From positions 1,116,001 through 1,180,000 of the forward strand of contig NC_067400.1 of the NCBI RefSeq assembly GCF_016432865.1: a DNA stretch of 64,000 nucleotides. The letters are read 5' to 3'. This stretch comes from Antechinus flavipes. Its lineage: Eukaryota. Within the stretch, counting starts at the first letter, position 1. The number at the start of each line of letters is the position of its first letter. Below the pieces are notes generated by a model. It was not told the DNA's origin and made no database searches. It saw only the letters and a list, made by a program, of their open reading frames with translations. This document shows positions 25,401-41,871 of this stretch, piece after piece. The translations under genes were made by a program, and so were the position numbers.

Positions 25401-28400
25401 CAGCTCTTTGCTCTTCAGAAAGCCCCCAGTGCCCTTGTCCCATTGACCCACGACTCCCCCAGAGTGCCTCCCCTGCTTCTGACCCCATCTTTCCTCCCAC
25501 CTTCAGGCCCAGTGCAGTCTGTGTCTAGAGAGCATGCAGAAGTACCTGCTGGAAGCTCATGAGGTAAGAACTCTTTATCCTGGGGAGGACAGGGGAGGAG
25601 GAGCAATGGGAAGTCCTGCCCTCCCCTTCTCGGGGACTGGGCCAGCAGCCGGGCCCTCGGGCCCTGCGTGGGAGTGGGCCCTGCCTTTCTGGTACACAGC
25701 CGTGGCTGACCAAGGCCTGGCTTCCCAGCAGGCCTTGGGAGATGGCCAAGCATTTCCTCCTTCCCCTCAGGCTGCGTGCCCGGAGCGCCCCATCGAATGT
25801 GAATTCTGTGGATGGGCTGTGCCGCTGAGTGGCCTGGAAGAGCATGAGTCCGGCTGCAGCGGTCAGTCAGGGCCCTCTCTCAGTGGCCAGTCAGGGCCCT
25901 CTCTCAGTGGCAAGCAGCCTGACCCGTCTGCGCCTCTGGCCAGTCTGGAAGGCCCCTGCGCAGACAAGCCCAGGAAAGGTGGGTGGACCCGGGGAAAGGC
26001 TCACCTCTTTTACTTACCCCTAGCTCTGGGTCTGTTTCCCAGTTTGTGGAAGGGGAGGTCCCATGGATGCCCTCCATGACCTCATCCAGCACTCCCCTGT
26101 TGTGGAAGTCTGGGAATGTGCTCCCTTGGAGTCCCTTTCCTGGATGGGTCCCCAAGTCAGCTTATTGCAAGAGGGACAGCACTCTGATGGTAGAATGAAT
26201 GAAGGAAGGAAGGAGTAAATTAATGAGTGACTGAGTAAATGCATGAATGAATAAATGAGTGAATGAATGAGGGAATGAATGAGTAAATGAATGAATAAAT
26301 GAGTCAATGAGTTGGTGAATGGATGAGTAAATGAATGAATAAATGAGTGAATGGATGAGTAAATGAATAAATGAGTCAATGAGTGAGTGAATGAGTAAAT
26401 GAATAAATGAGGGAATGAATGAGTGAATGAGTGAGTGAGTGAATGAAAGAGTAAATTAATGAGTTAAATTAATAGGGGAGGTTCCAGCTTTGCCCCTTCT
26501 TCAGTCCCTCGCTGTGCCAGGCTCCGAGCACCTCATGGATGGTGGTCCTGGTGCTGCTGCGGCCCCAAGGAGCCCTCTTTACGTACCCCAAACAGCTCAG
26601 GCCAGAACCGAGTTCGAAAGATAACATTCTCGTTCCCTCGGCTTCCTCACGCCCAGGTTAGAAAGAGCAGTGGCAGGAGTGTGACAGGTCCCCAGCCTGG
26701 CTGGGCTGGCCCCAGGGGAATGCCCATGGCAAGGGTCCTCCCTGCTCCTTGGGCCCAGTCTGGGCTGCAGGAAGGTGTCCGGGAGGCAGGGGAGGGCCGC
26801 CCTCTGGCCCCACTGGGGCACGTCCAGCTCACCCTGGCTTGGACTTGCCGGCAGTGTCGGGAAGGGGGGGCCTCAGACACGGAGATCTGGTGACCTGCCC
26901 CGGGGGACTGGGGCGCAGCACTTGCTGCTCCTGTAGCAGCCGCAGAACGGGAGAGGAGACTTTGTGTTTGGGATTGTTTGTGCTTTTCCAAGCTCCCAGC
27001 CAGAAAGCCGGCTGCCTAGAGTGCAAGCGAGACGCCTCGGAAGCAGAGCTCCCCCAGCACCAGGTGAGTGGGGGGACGAAGGGGGGCACTGGGATAAGGC
27101 AGTGCAGGGGCTCCCATGCTCTGCTGGCGGGGGTGGCAGTGATTAGTCCTGGGGGCAAATAAGATATTGGGGATGCTCTAGAATACTTGGGAGGGAGGAA
27201 GATCTGAATTCAAAGTTGCTTTGATACTTACTGGGCAAGTTGCTTAACCTCTGTCTACCTCTGTTTCCTTATCTGTAAAATGAGAATAATAATTACTTGT
27301 GCAATATTGGAGGAACAGATATTTATAAAGCATTTTGTAAACTTTGTGTTCTATAAATGCGCTGCTATGACTCTGCCCAGGGCTGCTCTGATATTGTGAC
27401 TGGGCCTGTTCCAAAGCAACGGAGGGGCTCAGGCTTGTTCCAGTTCTGGCGCCAGATCGGGTTCTGGGACAATGGGAGAAAATCCTGACTTCACTCCCGG
27501 CCTCCCCCTTCCCCGTGTGGCCCCTTCTTGGGCTCCTAGGGGGATAGAGAGGAGGCAGATTCCCTCCCTGAGGGAGCTTAAGCCTAGGGCTGTGGAGGGA
27601 GGCAGGCTACGCCTTCCTCTCCCTCCTCCTCCTTTGGGCCGAGGCGGGGTACAAGTCTAGCCGAATTCTTGCCTCAGCCAAGTTGTGTGAGCTCGGTCAG
27701 GCAAAGACCGTCCATTACCAGTCTGCCGTGCGCCGGGCAGGCGCCGTGCTAAGGGCTGGGGCTACAAAGAAAGGCAAAAAGCCCAAACCAAAGGAAAAGC
27801 AGCTGGGAAGCAGGGACAGCGAATGAATCAAGCAGGAGATGCAGAGGGACTGAAATGCGAGGTGGGGAGGGCTCAGGGACTCTGCCGGGCAGGGCAAGCT
27901 TCGGGGTTAATGAGAGAGATGCTGGGACCGTGGCAAGGTCCAGAGGGGTGAGGACTCCTGGCCTGGGAAAGGAAGTTTCAAGTTCCTCGAAGGGATCTCA
28001 CCAAGTGGTCCTGTAACGTTCCTTAGGGGAGGGGGCTCCTAAGAAAAGAAGGGCAAGGTCTGTAGCCCCATCCCCAGCCAGGGGCAGACAGTGTAGTCCT
28101 TGGTGAAGCTTTTTTTGTCATCCAGAAGCCTGCTCTCCCTCCCTTTCTGCCTGCTTGCCTTCTCCCCCTCCCTCTCTCCCTCCCGCTCATCCTCCCTCTT
28201 CTTCTGTCCCTTCTTCCCCCTCATCCTCTATCTCTGCCTGATTTCTACCCTCCTTCTCTCCCTCTCATCCTCCCTCTTCTTCTGTCCCTTCTTCCCCCCC
28301 TCATCCTCTCTGATTTTTTCCTTCCCTCTCATCCTCCCTTTTCTCTCCTTCCTTCCTTCCCTTCCTCTCTCCTTCTGTCCTTTTCCACCTTCTCTCCTCC

Positions 28401-29883
28401 CTCTGTCCTTCCATCCCTCCCTTTCCCTCACTCCCCCCATTCATGGATGTCCCTTCCTTTCCCAGCTCACTGGGGTGATTCCCGGCAGTCTCTAGGCCAG
28501 GCCGGCAGGCTGGCCGCCGCTCCCCCATCTGCCTGGCCTGTGGCCGTGAGCCGCCGCTTCTCCTTGCCCCCACAGGCCGAATGCCGCCAGTTCACGGAGC
28601 TGAGGGGATCCTTTAATGCCTTCTTGCTGAAGAAGCCGGAGCGGCCTTCTCCAGTCCCGGGGATTCTAGATCCAGCTCAGGCGTCTACAGGAGAGAGGGT
28701 CGTCCGCCCAAAGAAGAAAGAAAGTCACACGGACAAAACAGCTCTAAGCTCCACGGCTGCCCGGATCGAGAAGGAAGAGTATGATGTTCTGGAAAGCTGC
28801 TCCTTTTGCCACATCCTGCTTCCCCTACCTGTACTGAAGCAGCACGAGGTAGGCCCTGAAGCTCCCAGGCAGAGCTCCTTCCTCCAGGAGAGCTGCCCCT
28901 CCCCAGCAGAGGATCCCCTTTTCCCAGGAGAGCAGTTCCTCCCCAGCAGAGGATCCCCTTCCTAGGAGAGCAGTTCCTCCCCAGCAGAGGATCCCCTCCC
29001 CAGGAGAGCTGCCCCTCCCCAGCAGAGGATCCCCTCCCCAGGAGAGCTGCCCCTCCCCAGCAGAGGATCCCCTCCCCAGGAGAGCAGCCCCTCCCCAGCA
29101 GAGGATCTCCTTCCCAGGAGAGTTGCCCCTCCCCAACAGAGGATCCCCTCCCCAGCAGAGGATCCCCTTCCCAAGAGAGCTGCCCCTCCCCAGCAGAGCA
29201 CTTCTCCAGGACACAGAAGGCCTTTTGGAGGGAGGTGCTTACAGGCAAGGAAAGGGAAATCACCCCTAACTTTTATGAATAAAGAGAAAGGCCCAGTACA
29301 GAAGCAAACACCCCCCTCCCCGCCGAGGACTAGGCAAAGACCAACAAGAGATGGAGATACCGAGGCAGGCTTTCTGGAGGAAGTAACATTTGTACAGGGT
29401 GAGGTAAAGGGACAGAACATGGCAAGAGACTGCAAGACAGGGACAGGGACAGGGGCCAGAGAGCAGGGTCCCTGCAGGGCTGGGCTGGACACCCTGGACT
29501 AGAAGAATGATGCAGAATCCTAGATTTAAACCAGAAGAGGAAGCTGGGGCAACCAAGAAGGGAAACAGCTTGTCCATAATTATTCAAGTCATGGAGGTGG
29601 GATGCTGGAGCCCCATCCCCCCTTTGTGACTGCATCTTCCACAGTGAAGGAGACCGATAGGATGGGGGGAGAATAGATGGGTTGAGAGGGAAGACACTCC
29701 ACATCTCTGCAACCCTAATTGGGCTGCTGAGGATCTTGGTCATACCACGCCCCCTTGATTTACGGAGTTTCCCTAGGATGACCACCGCACCCCTGGCTCT
29801 CTGGGTCTGCTACCTGTCTCAATCCCTTCCCTTAGGAGAAGTGCCAACTTTTGGCTTCTCAGCAATGGAAGATTCTGAAATAG
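22416..29883 (+). CDS. XAF1: XIAP-associated factor 1, 274 aa. Exons 22416-22447, 24040-24175, 25507-25563, 25771-25978, 26993-27063, 28576-28848, 29836-29883
   Basis: 825-bp spliced ORF with consistent phases; six CxxC..H..C/H fingers; C-terminal YDVLESCSFCHILLPLPVLKQHE|EKC; syntenic position. Confidence 0.92.
24040..24175 (+). CDS. XAF1: XAF1 exon 2
   Basis: ttcag|T...CAG|GTACAG; LLHEAHCLRFRAICPEC. Confidence 0.95.
24260..24915. repeat. (GAGT/GAAT)n simple repeat spanning a gap; a second copy at about 26190-26470
   Basis: Direct reading. Confidence 0.9.
25507..25563 (+). CDS. XAF1: XAF1 exon 3
   Basis: AQCSLCLESMQKYLLEAHE, 57 bp, GAG|GTAAGA. Confidence 0.93.
25771..25978 (+). CDS. XAF1: XAF1 exon 4 (ZF4 intact, ZF5 degenerate)
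   Basis: AACPERPIECEFC...HESGC; AAAG|GTGGGT. Confidence 0.9.
26993..27063 (+). CDS. XAF1: XAF1 exon 5
   Basis: Phase-1 acceptor ttttccaag|CT; GCLECKRDASEAELPQHQ; CAG|GTGAGT. Confidence 0.8.
27180..27370 (+). mobile_element. MIR-like SINE in XAF1 intron 5
   Basis: ctgggcaagttgcttaacctct...tgtttccttatctgtaaaatgagaataat. Confidence 0.7.
28576..28848 (+). CDS. XAF1: XAF1 exon 6
   Basis: cacag|GCC...GAG|GTAGGC; C-terminal finger. Confidence 0.92.
28883..29208. repeat. 38-bp VNTR (about 8 copies) in XAF1 intron 6
   Basis: Unit caggagagctgcccctccccagcagaggatcccctccc; period 38 (29001, 29039, 29077). Confidence 0.9.
29836..29883 (+). CDS. XAF1: XAF1 exon 7 (EKCQLLASQQWKILK*)
   Basis: ccttag|GAGAAGTGC completes ZF7; AATAAA at 30048-30053. 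Confidence 0.88.
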   Translation, partial: EKCQLLASQQWKILK

Positions 29884-30060
29884 AGGATTCCTGAAGGATC
29901 TGGAAAACCCCAGAGCTGGAGGGAGGAGGTGCTCTGAAGATCCCCATCTTCTCTTTGTCTACCTGCCTTCCTGGGCCTTGTCCTGTGCCATTGGACTTTT
30001 GTTTTTGAGAGAAAAGCCCTCGCACATAACTGGTGATACCGTAAGCAAATAAAGAGAGCA

Positions 30061-31160
30061 TAGAATATTTTATCTGGCAGATTTATGGGTAGGGGAAGAA
30101 TTCAGATCCAAAGAAGATATCGAGAACATTACAAAATGTAAAATAGATCATTTTGATTATATAAAATTTTAAAGTTTTTGCACAAACAAAACCAATTCAA
30201 TCCAAATCATAAGGAGAGCAGAAAGCTGGGAGGAAATTTTTGCAACAAGTATCTGTGATAAAGGCCTCATTTCTCAAAGATATAGAAAACTGAGTCAAAT
30301 TCATTAAAATATGAAGCCATTTCTCAATTGGCAAAGGATACAAATGGGCAGTTTTCAGGCAAACTATAGTCATATGAAAAAATAACTACTGATCCTCGAG
30401 AAATGCACATTAAAACAGCTCTGAGGTGCCACCTCACATCAATCAGATTAGCTCATATGACAAAAAAGAAAAATGTGAGATGTTGGAAGGGATGGGGGAA
30501 ATTGGGACACTTATGCACTATTAGTGGAGTTGTGAATTTCTCCAACCATTCTGGAGAACAACTTGGAACTAAGCCCAAAGGGTCATAAAACCAAGCATTC
30601 ACTCTGCCCAGCAATACCGTGTGCTAGCAAAGACACCCCCCCAAAGAGAGGAAAGGACCTTTAACACAAAAATAGCTACAGCACTTATTTTTTTGTGGTG
30701 GCTAAGATTTGGGGAGTGGCTAAGCAGGTTGTGGTATATGAGTGTAATGGAATGTTATGGTGCTATTAAAAATCACCAGCGCCATCGGAAAAGCCTGCAA
30801 GACTTTCAGCCATCAACTGATGCAAAGGGAGAGGAGGAGAACCCGGAAATGTGGAACGTTGCCTGTAACAGCCTGATGGAGGGCTCTGAACGACTTAGCT
30901 GTTGTCAGCACTACACTGGTCAAGGACAAGCCCAAAGACCTAATGATGAGCACACTATCTGTCTCTAGAGAAAAACCTATTTGATCCAACACAGATCACT
31001 TTCATTTTTTTTCTTCTTGTAAAACATGGAGCACGTCTCACGTGTGGAATAAAGTGGAACAGAATTGCACGGGTGTAACCTCTATCTGAGTGCTTAGCAT
31101 TACGGGGAAGGGGATGGATAGAATTTGGAACTCAACATTTCAAATAAAAATGCTAAAAAT
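30061..31160 (+). mobile_element. L1 3' fragment immediately after the XAF1 poly(A) signal
   Basis: ataaaggcctcatttctcaaa...attaaaacagctctgaggtgccacctcaca; 3'UTR ends aaataaaaatg. Confidence 0.8.
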
Positions 31161-31939
31161 GAAAAGAGCGAAGCGAGAAGGAATTGAATTTTCACTGACT
31201 TGTTGGCCAGAGGACCGCCTCAGAATGGCTCCGGGGAGGGCAGGAACGCCTCATTCCTTCCCCTCCCCACTCTTGGAAGTCCAAGCACCAAGAGTTCTTG
31301 CACTAAAGCCCCGGGAGTTCGCCTCCCGTAGAAAGCAGGTTTATTTGTCCCCGAAGAATGAAATACACTAACAACTTCTCTGTTAAGCTGAACCAGGATG
31401 GACCGCGTGGCTCCTGGAACAATCCGGGGGCAGCCTCCGGTTCTCGGCTCGGACTGTTCCCTGGCCAAGAAGCCGCTGTCCAGAACTGCCTGGGCTCTGC
31501 CCCCCTTCCTCCACTTGTAGCTTCTCAGGGACTGCTGATAGCGGAGCCTCGGGGCATGGGGCAGTGAACAATGGGGGAGTTGGGGGGGGGGACCTCGGGT
31601 GTTGGCTGGCTCTGGAGAGCTTTAGCTTTTCCAGCGCGTGCTTGTCCTTTGCTTCTGTCCCTGAGGACCTTCCCCCCACCGCCACCATTAAGCACGACCA
31701 CATAGCCGGAGCATCTTGCACAAGTATTCGAGGACAGGAAGGTCCTATTTCACCCTCAGTATGGCAAGGTTCTGAGACAGGGACAGACAGACCCCCTCGG
31801 TCTGGAGGGGCAGAGCTCCACTGACCTAGAACCAGGGGAAGTGAGTGCCAGACCCAGTCGGCTAGTCGCTTTAAGCTAAGGACTCCTCGTTTGGTTTCCC
31901 ATCGGCCCTCTCTCCCTTCCTCAAAGACCGCGAACAAAG

Positions 31940-32960
31940 GAGGCACAAGCGCTTTAGAACCGACCGCCAGACGCTTTCTGGGCGTCTCGCGCTCTCTGGG
32001 GGACACAGAACTCCCCCGGAAAATCGCGGCCCTAAGTCTTGCCTAGATCTGGCCCCTGACGCGTCCGGGCAGCCCGAGCTGCCTCCCTGGAGCTGCGGCC
32101 AGGACTTCCGGATGAAGCGAGGGCAGTTGGAAGGGGAAGGCCCCCGGGACCCCCCGGCAGTCCCAGAGGGAGGAGGCTCAGACGGGCCTAGGCTCTGCCA
32201 GGGACACACAGCTGGACAGTGGCAAGGTTCCATTCTCCGGAGCGGCCGGGGGGGAGGGAGCTGGAGAAGGGGGGGGGGAGCGGGGCTGGGAACCGCCATC
32301 CCTTCCCTCCTCCACCACCCCGGGACTTGGGCGCCAGAGGGGCAGCGCCTACCCTCCTCGCCGGGCCTGGAAGCGTCATAAAGGCGCCCCCTTCACCCCA
32401 GTTGGCCGTGGGCGACTTCCCCGCCAGCCAGCTGCTGCCTGCGTGCCCACGGGGCCCCGGGCGCACTTGACCAAGCACAGGCGGCGGCGCCGGCCCCCGA
32501 CGGACTAGGGCCTCGCACAGGAGGGGGCGGGCGCGCTCCAGCCTGCGGCGGTGGCGGCAGCCGGACCCCGAGCGCAGCGGGTGGGTGGCGGCGGCCCCCG
32601 GGGACAGAACGGGGCTGGACCGCGGTCACGGCCCCGGGGACGGGATGGGCCCTAGCCAGCGTCCCAGAGCGCTACGCCATGCGCCACTTAAGCCGCAAGA
32701 GTCCCATTCCCCAGACCCCGGAAAACCCGGCCCGTGCCCGCAGCGCCGAGACCCAGCGAGCGCCCCTCGAGGCCATGAGCACCCGCCTGTCCTTGGGATC
32801 GAGCCTGTCAGGCTGTCCTAGACCTCGCCAGCCCACGGCGCCCTCCCAACCTCGGCAATTGGCGCGGGACCAGAGGAGATAAGGAAGGGCCTCGGCCACG
32901 GCGCTGCGAGGGGCCGCTCCTCCGCTTCTCCTCCTCCTCCTCCTCCCTCTTCCCCGTCCT
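31940..32960 (+). promoter_or_regulatory. CpG island, probable FBXO39 promoter and non-coding exon 1
   Basis: CpG-dense; GC box at 32522; candidate donor CGG|GTGGGT at 32580/32581; FBXO39 exon 2 has an acceptor at 36053 that needs an upstream non-coding exon. Confidence 0.55.
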
Positions 32961-33139
32961 CCTTCCTTTTCTCCCCCTCCTCCCTTTCCTAGCCTCGAGC
33001 TCCCTTCCTCTTTGGTTTGGAGAGGAAACTCAGTTTACTGGTTCAGTCCGGTGTCTCCTCATTTCTAACCTTACAAAGCAAGATAGAAATTTCCCACCAA
33101 CTTGTCGCAGATAAATTAGGGGTGACTTCTGTCCCAAGA

Positions 33140-35790
33140 CTTTGTTTTGTGCTCTCCTTGTCTCTTTCTCTGTATCTGGGTATCTCGGTGTCTCTCTGTC
33201 TCTCTGTATCTCTCCTCTCCTGTCTCTCTGTCTCTCTCTGTCTCTGTATCTATCTGTCCAATTGTCTCTCCTCCCCTCTCTTGTCTTTGTCTCTGTGTCT
33301 CTCTGTCTCTGACTGTCTGTCTCTCTCTTCATTCCTCTCTGTTTCTGACTCTATGTGCTTGTGTGTGTCAGTATCTCTCTTCTCTCCTCTCTTTCTTTCT
33401 GTCTCTCAGTGTCTCTCTCTCTGGCTCTGTTTTCTCTCCTCTCTATCTCTGCTTCTGTGTATCTCTCTCTGAATCTGTCTGTTTCTTCTTCCCTTTCCTG
33501 TCTCTGTGTCTCTCTGTGTGCCTCTGTCTCTATGTGTGTCTTTGTCTCTGTCTCTGTGTGTCAGTCTTTCCATCTCTGTCTGTCTCTATGTATTTCTGTG
33601 TCTCTCAGTCTTTCTGTCTCTGTGTATTTCTGTGGTTCTCAGTCTTTCTGTCTCTGTCTCTCTTCTCCCCAATCTGTCTCTGTGTGTCTCTCAGTCTTTC
33701 TGTGTCTCTGTCCATCTCTGTGTCTGTCTCTTCTCGCCTCTGTCTCTTTTTTTTGTGTCTGTCTGTCTCTCCTCTCTGTTTCTGTCACAATCTTTCAGTC
33801 TTTCTGTGTCTCTNNNNNNNNNNNNNNNNNNNNNNNNNNNNNNNNNNNNNNNNNNNNNNNNNNNNNNNNNNNNNNNNNNNNNNNNNNNNNNNNNNNNNNN
33901 NNNNNNNNNNNNNNNNNNNNNNNNNNNNNNNNNNNNNNNNNNNNNNNNNNNNNNNNNNNNNNNNNNNNNNNNNGGTGAGATCTCAGCCCTCAGTGGCTCA
34001 GTCACAGAGTCTCAGACTAAGACTAAGAAGGGATTGGGACGGCCATCAAGTTTTCCCAGTGTTAGAGAAGGGAGACCCCCTCTGTTGGAAGACAATCTGT
34101 GCAGTGTTTTCCCTGTTGCTCAGACTCTCCTCCACAAACAGTGGAATGGAGGCCCCACGGAGGAAGCCGCACTTGGAGCTTGGCCCTGGAAGGGTGGGCT
34201 TGGACTTGGATTGGGGAGATGTGAGAAAAGGGGGTCTGGGGAGGCTATCCCAGGGGAGAGGGGAAGGCAGGAAGGAGAATGCAAGGCAAAGGCTCAGTTC
34301 CATGTGTGCAGTGCCACTGGCCATCCAGCTGTTCCTTGAACAAGATCCGCCATCTCCAGACTCAGGGATTTTTCTGTGACGTGCCCCCTGTGATCGTCCC
34401 TCATACTCACTTCCTATCTTCCTTGACCTCAAATCCCAGAAAAAAAATCATCTCTGCAGAAGGAAGCCTTTCTTTCTGCCCCTCCAATGCTCACATCTTC
34501 CTCCTCCTATTGCCCCTTTTTCTCATTTATAGTTTGTCTATAGTCCATAATTGTTTGCTAGTAGCCTCCCATGAACTCTTCGAAAGCAGGGTCTGTCTTT
34601 TGTTTCTTTTTGTATCTCCAGAACTTAGTACAGTACCCAGAACATAGTAGGTGCCTAATAAATGCTTGTTGACTGACTGATTTGGATAAATGACAGTCAG
34701 GAGCAACTATGCTTGTGGGCAGGTAGGTAGATACACAGAAAGAGAGGCAGACAGACAGACTGACGGGAAGGGAGGCAGATGCAGATGGATGCGCAGATTC
34801 AAGCAAGCAAACAGGCAGCAGGCAATGTGGTAGGCAGCCGGCCAGATGGACTTGCAGACTGTTAGAGAAAGAGGAGGCAGCGTGGCAGCTCGCCAGGTGC
34901 GGGAAGGTGGGCAGAGGGGAGGGGTGGCAGGGGCCTCTGCTGAGGGGAGAGCACAGGGAGTGCCCTCGGAAATTATTTTAAAAGGCAAGCGGACGAGCGG
35001 ACAGATGGACTGGCAAGAAGCCAAGCAGATGATCGGGCAGACAGAGAGATTGACAAGGACAGACATATAGTAAGGCAAGCTGACAGACGGATGGACAGAT
35101 GGACAGACAGACAGATGAGAAACCAAACAGATGCTCAGACAGACAAGCAGAGAGACTGGCAGCCACAGGGACAGACAGATAGTAAGGCAAGCTGACAGAC
35201 CCAAGGAAGCAGAGAAATGGACTAGCAAGCAGCTGGACTGGCAGACAGACAGAAAGACAGACAGATAGTGAGACATTCAAGAAAACATACAGCTGGACGA
35301 GCAAACAGATAGGCAGCAGGAGGTACAGATGGACAGATAGGCAAGCAGACAGAGACGGGGCAGACTGATACATAGACAAGCAGCCAAATAGAAAAACAAG
35401 CAGACGGATGAGTGGCCAGACAAGTAGATAGACTTGTGAATAGATGGACAGAAAGACAATCAGGCCGATAGTAACAGCAGGGAGACACAGAGACAAAAAA
35501 GAACCAAGTAGAACCATTTGTCTCCAAATAGAAGGAAGGAAGGGAGGGGGGAGGTGGAGGGGAGAAGGAGAGGGAAAGGGAGGGAGGGAGGAAGGAAGAG
35601 TAGGAGACAGAGACTGGGGACAGACAGAGATGGGGGGGGGAAGGAGAGGAAGAGGAAGAGAGGAAGGAAGGGAGAATGGAATGGGGAGAGAGACAGAGGG
35701 GAGGAGAAGCGGGGAGAAAGGGAGGAAGGGAGAGGAAGAGGGAGGAAGGGGGAAGGAGAGGGAGGGGGTGGGAGGAGAGAAAGAAGCCCA
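33140..35790. repeat. Low-complexity CT/GT, GACA and GA tracts with an L2 tail (about 34530-34685)
   Basis: Direct reading; gtaggtgcctaataaatgcttgttgactgactga is an L2 end. Confidence 0.8.
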
Positions 35791-35945
35791 AGCAGATAAG
35801 CAGAGCAGCAAGCGACAGATGAGAAATTCACAGACAGGCAGGTAGATGCCCGGAGAGAGGCACAATATACAAGAAAATTCTCAGCTAGGCAGTGGGATGG
35901 CCCGACGGCCCCGCACCCAGAGGCAGGCAGATGAAGGGCACATAG

Positions 35946-39810
<3,865 letters not shown>

Positions 39811-41059
39811 GGAGCACACCCAGGAGGAGAGCACCCTCGCTGCTCTTGGGGCTCCTGAGCCCATCCTCCACAGAGTTGTCCCTGGAGCCTTCCTCCGGGA
39901 CCTGGCTCCCTCTGCAGCCAGAGCAGAATCCTGAGGATTTGGGGCCAGGCACTCTCCCAGCCTCCCAAGTCCTTTTAAATGCTGTCTTTACAACTGCCTC
40001 GGGCTGCTGATTCCTCTGCTTGTCCCTTCCGTTTTGTTGTGGTTTTTCCTCACTACCTAACTCAGGCTCCCCCAGGCGCCCACCCCACCCCCGCCTCCCT
40101 TGGACTGACTCCAGATTCATTTTGTCAATGAATTTTCTTAGGCCCAAGTTCACGGTTTCAAAGCAAGCCCTTTCTCCTCTCCTAAGAGCTCCTACTGGAA
40201 AAAGACATCTTGGAATGGGAAAAGCCAATCCTCTGTCCTAGAAGGATCAAGAGGTACAAATAACAGGCAGAAAGCTCTGACCTCAGTGCCAAAAAGCCCT
40301 TCCTCATGATTACAGCAATCATTTGCAGTAGAACAGGCTTCCCGGTGTGGGAATTGGGGGCCTTGTACAGGGGCTGGGTGGGTAGGGAGGGGCTTCTGCT
40401 CCAGGTCTGCCCAGTTGGGCACAATGTCCCCTAGGGCTCGGCCAGCTCAGAGCCCCCTCTGCTCAGAGCCTCAATTCTGAAGAATAGAGGAAGTCCTGGA
40501 TTCCTTTAGATGGTCTCTGTCCTGCGTTCATTGGTAGGTCAGCACTACCACTGGAAAGCCCTGTCTTCTCCTCCTCTTCCTCCTCCTCCTCCTTTGCTTT
40601 CCATCCCCTTGACTTGGGTCCTGAAGCCCGTGGGCTGCCCTTAGAGCTCGGCCCGGATCCCGTTTGGCTCCTGTTGGATGATGGAGAGACTGATCCTTCC
40701 GGGGTGCGAGTGGCAGGAGGCTGCAGGCTTCCGCTGTCTACTGGGCGAGTGATGTGGAAGTGGGCTTGGCAGCAGAAGCCAAGCAGCTATTTCTTCAGGA
40801 GAATCAGATTCCCAGAACCTCTGAGGGTGGAGGGTTCAGGTACCTGGAGACCAATTTGAGTCTGCCCCCCACCACAATTACTGCTCACAAATGATCATAG
40901 AGCTTCTGCTTAGAGATCTCNNNNNNNNNNNNNNNNNNNNNNNNNNNNNNNNNNNNNNNNNNNNNNNNNNNNNNNNNNNNNNNNNNNNNNNNNNNNNNNN
41001 NNNNNNNNNNNNNNNNNNNNNNNNNNNNNNNNNNNNNNNNNNNNNNNNNNNNNNNNNNT

Positions 41060-41500
41060 ACATGCAAAGGTTACAAGAAAGTTTAATAAAGATAAACTGA
41101 GACAGATTCAGCAAAATCCATTTCTTTAGGGAGATGTGGTCTGGCTGGCACTTCAGTAGGGTCAGTGACTCTAAAGGGTGCCTCCTTTTTATTGACATGA
41201 AAGAAAGCAGGACAGCTTAGGGATCATGGACGGGACAATTGACTATGCTAAGAAAGTTGGCTCACATTCGGGTGGGGCTAGTTGTGCCCCTCTCGGATCT
41301 TTAAGAAATGGGAACTGTTTGATGGGATCCCTTTGCCTCTTGTAATCTTTGCTAGAAAGATCTCCCTTTAAGGAGAATCAAACCTTCCCAGATTGCACAA
41401 GGACAGGCAAGGAGCTACGTCATATCTTTGGGGATATGGCACCAGATTAAACCATGGGCTTAAAGACAATAAGCAGATGTCCTAGAGGTAATGCAGAAAA
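41060..41500 (-). mobile_element. Possible LTR fragment
   Basis: On the minus strand, a TATA-like CAATAAAAG followed about 100 bp later by ATTAAA, an LTR-like layout. Confidence 0.35.
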
Positions 41501-41509
41501 CGAGTCATT

Positions 41510-41673
41510 TAATTCTATTTTATTTTATTTTTATTTTGCTGAGGCAATTGGGGTTAAGTCCCTTGCCCAGGGTCACACAACTAGGACATATTAAGTATCT
41601 GAGATCAGATTTGAACTCAGGTCCTCCTGACTTTAGAACTAGTGCTCTATCCACTGTGCCACCTAGCTGCCCC
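41510..41673 (-). mobile_element. WSINE1-like dasyurid SINE
   Basis: ttttgctgaggcaattggggttaag..ttgcccagggtcacaca...gatttgaactcaggtcctcctgact...ccactgtgccacctagctgcccc. Confidence 0.85.
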
Positions 41674-41871
41674 CCATTTTATTTCAATTAGTATTATTTA
41701 GTGTGATTCCAAAAGGAGAGTGATTGCTTATATCATATTTGCCTTTCAATGTACATTTAGTCACTCAAGTAATATCAGCATATATTTTACATGTCTTAGA
41801 TGGAAGGATAATTAGATAAGCTTAGATTTTTCTCATAGGGCCCCCAAATTTTTGCAAGCTCCAAGTTCACT

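Noticed and set aside
26937-26992. Upstream acceptors (tag/cag) for XAF1 exon 5
   Set aside because: They give an in-frame stop (TAG at about 27017); only the 26993 acceptor keeps the zinc-finger frame.
31300-31371. REFASRRKQVYLSPK as the XAF1 terminal exon
   Set aside because: 29836-29883 has a proper acceptor, supplies the final finger Cys (EKC) and is followed by AATAAA.
31383-32899. ORFs in the XAF1-FBXO39 CpG island
   Set aside because: GC-rich chance ORFs with no recognisable family or splice-supported exon chain.
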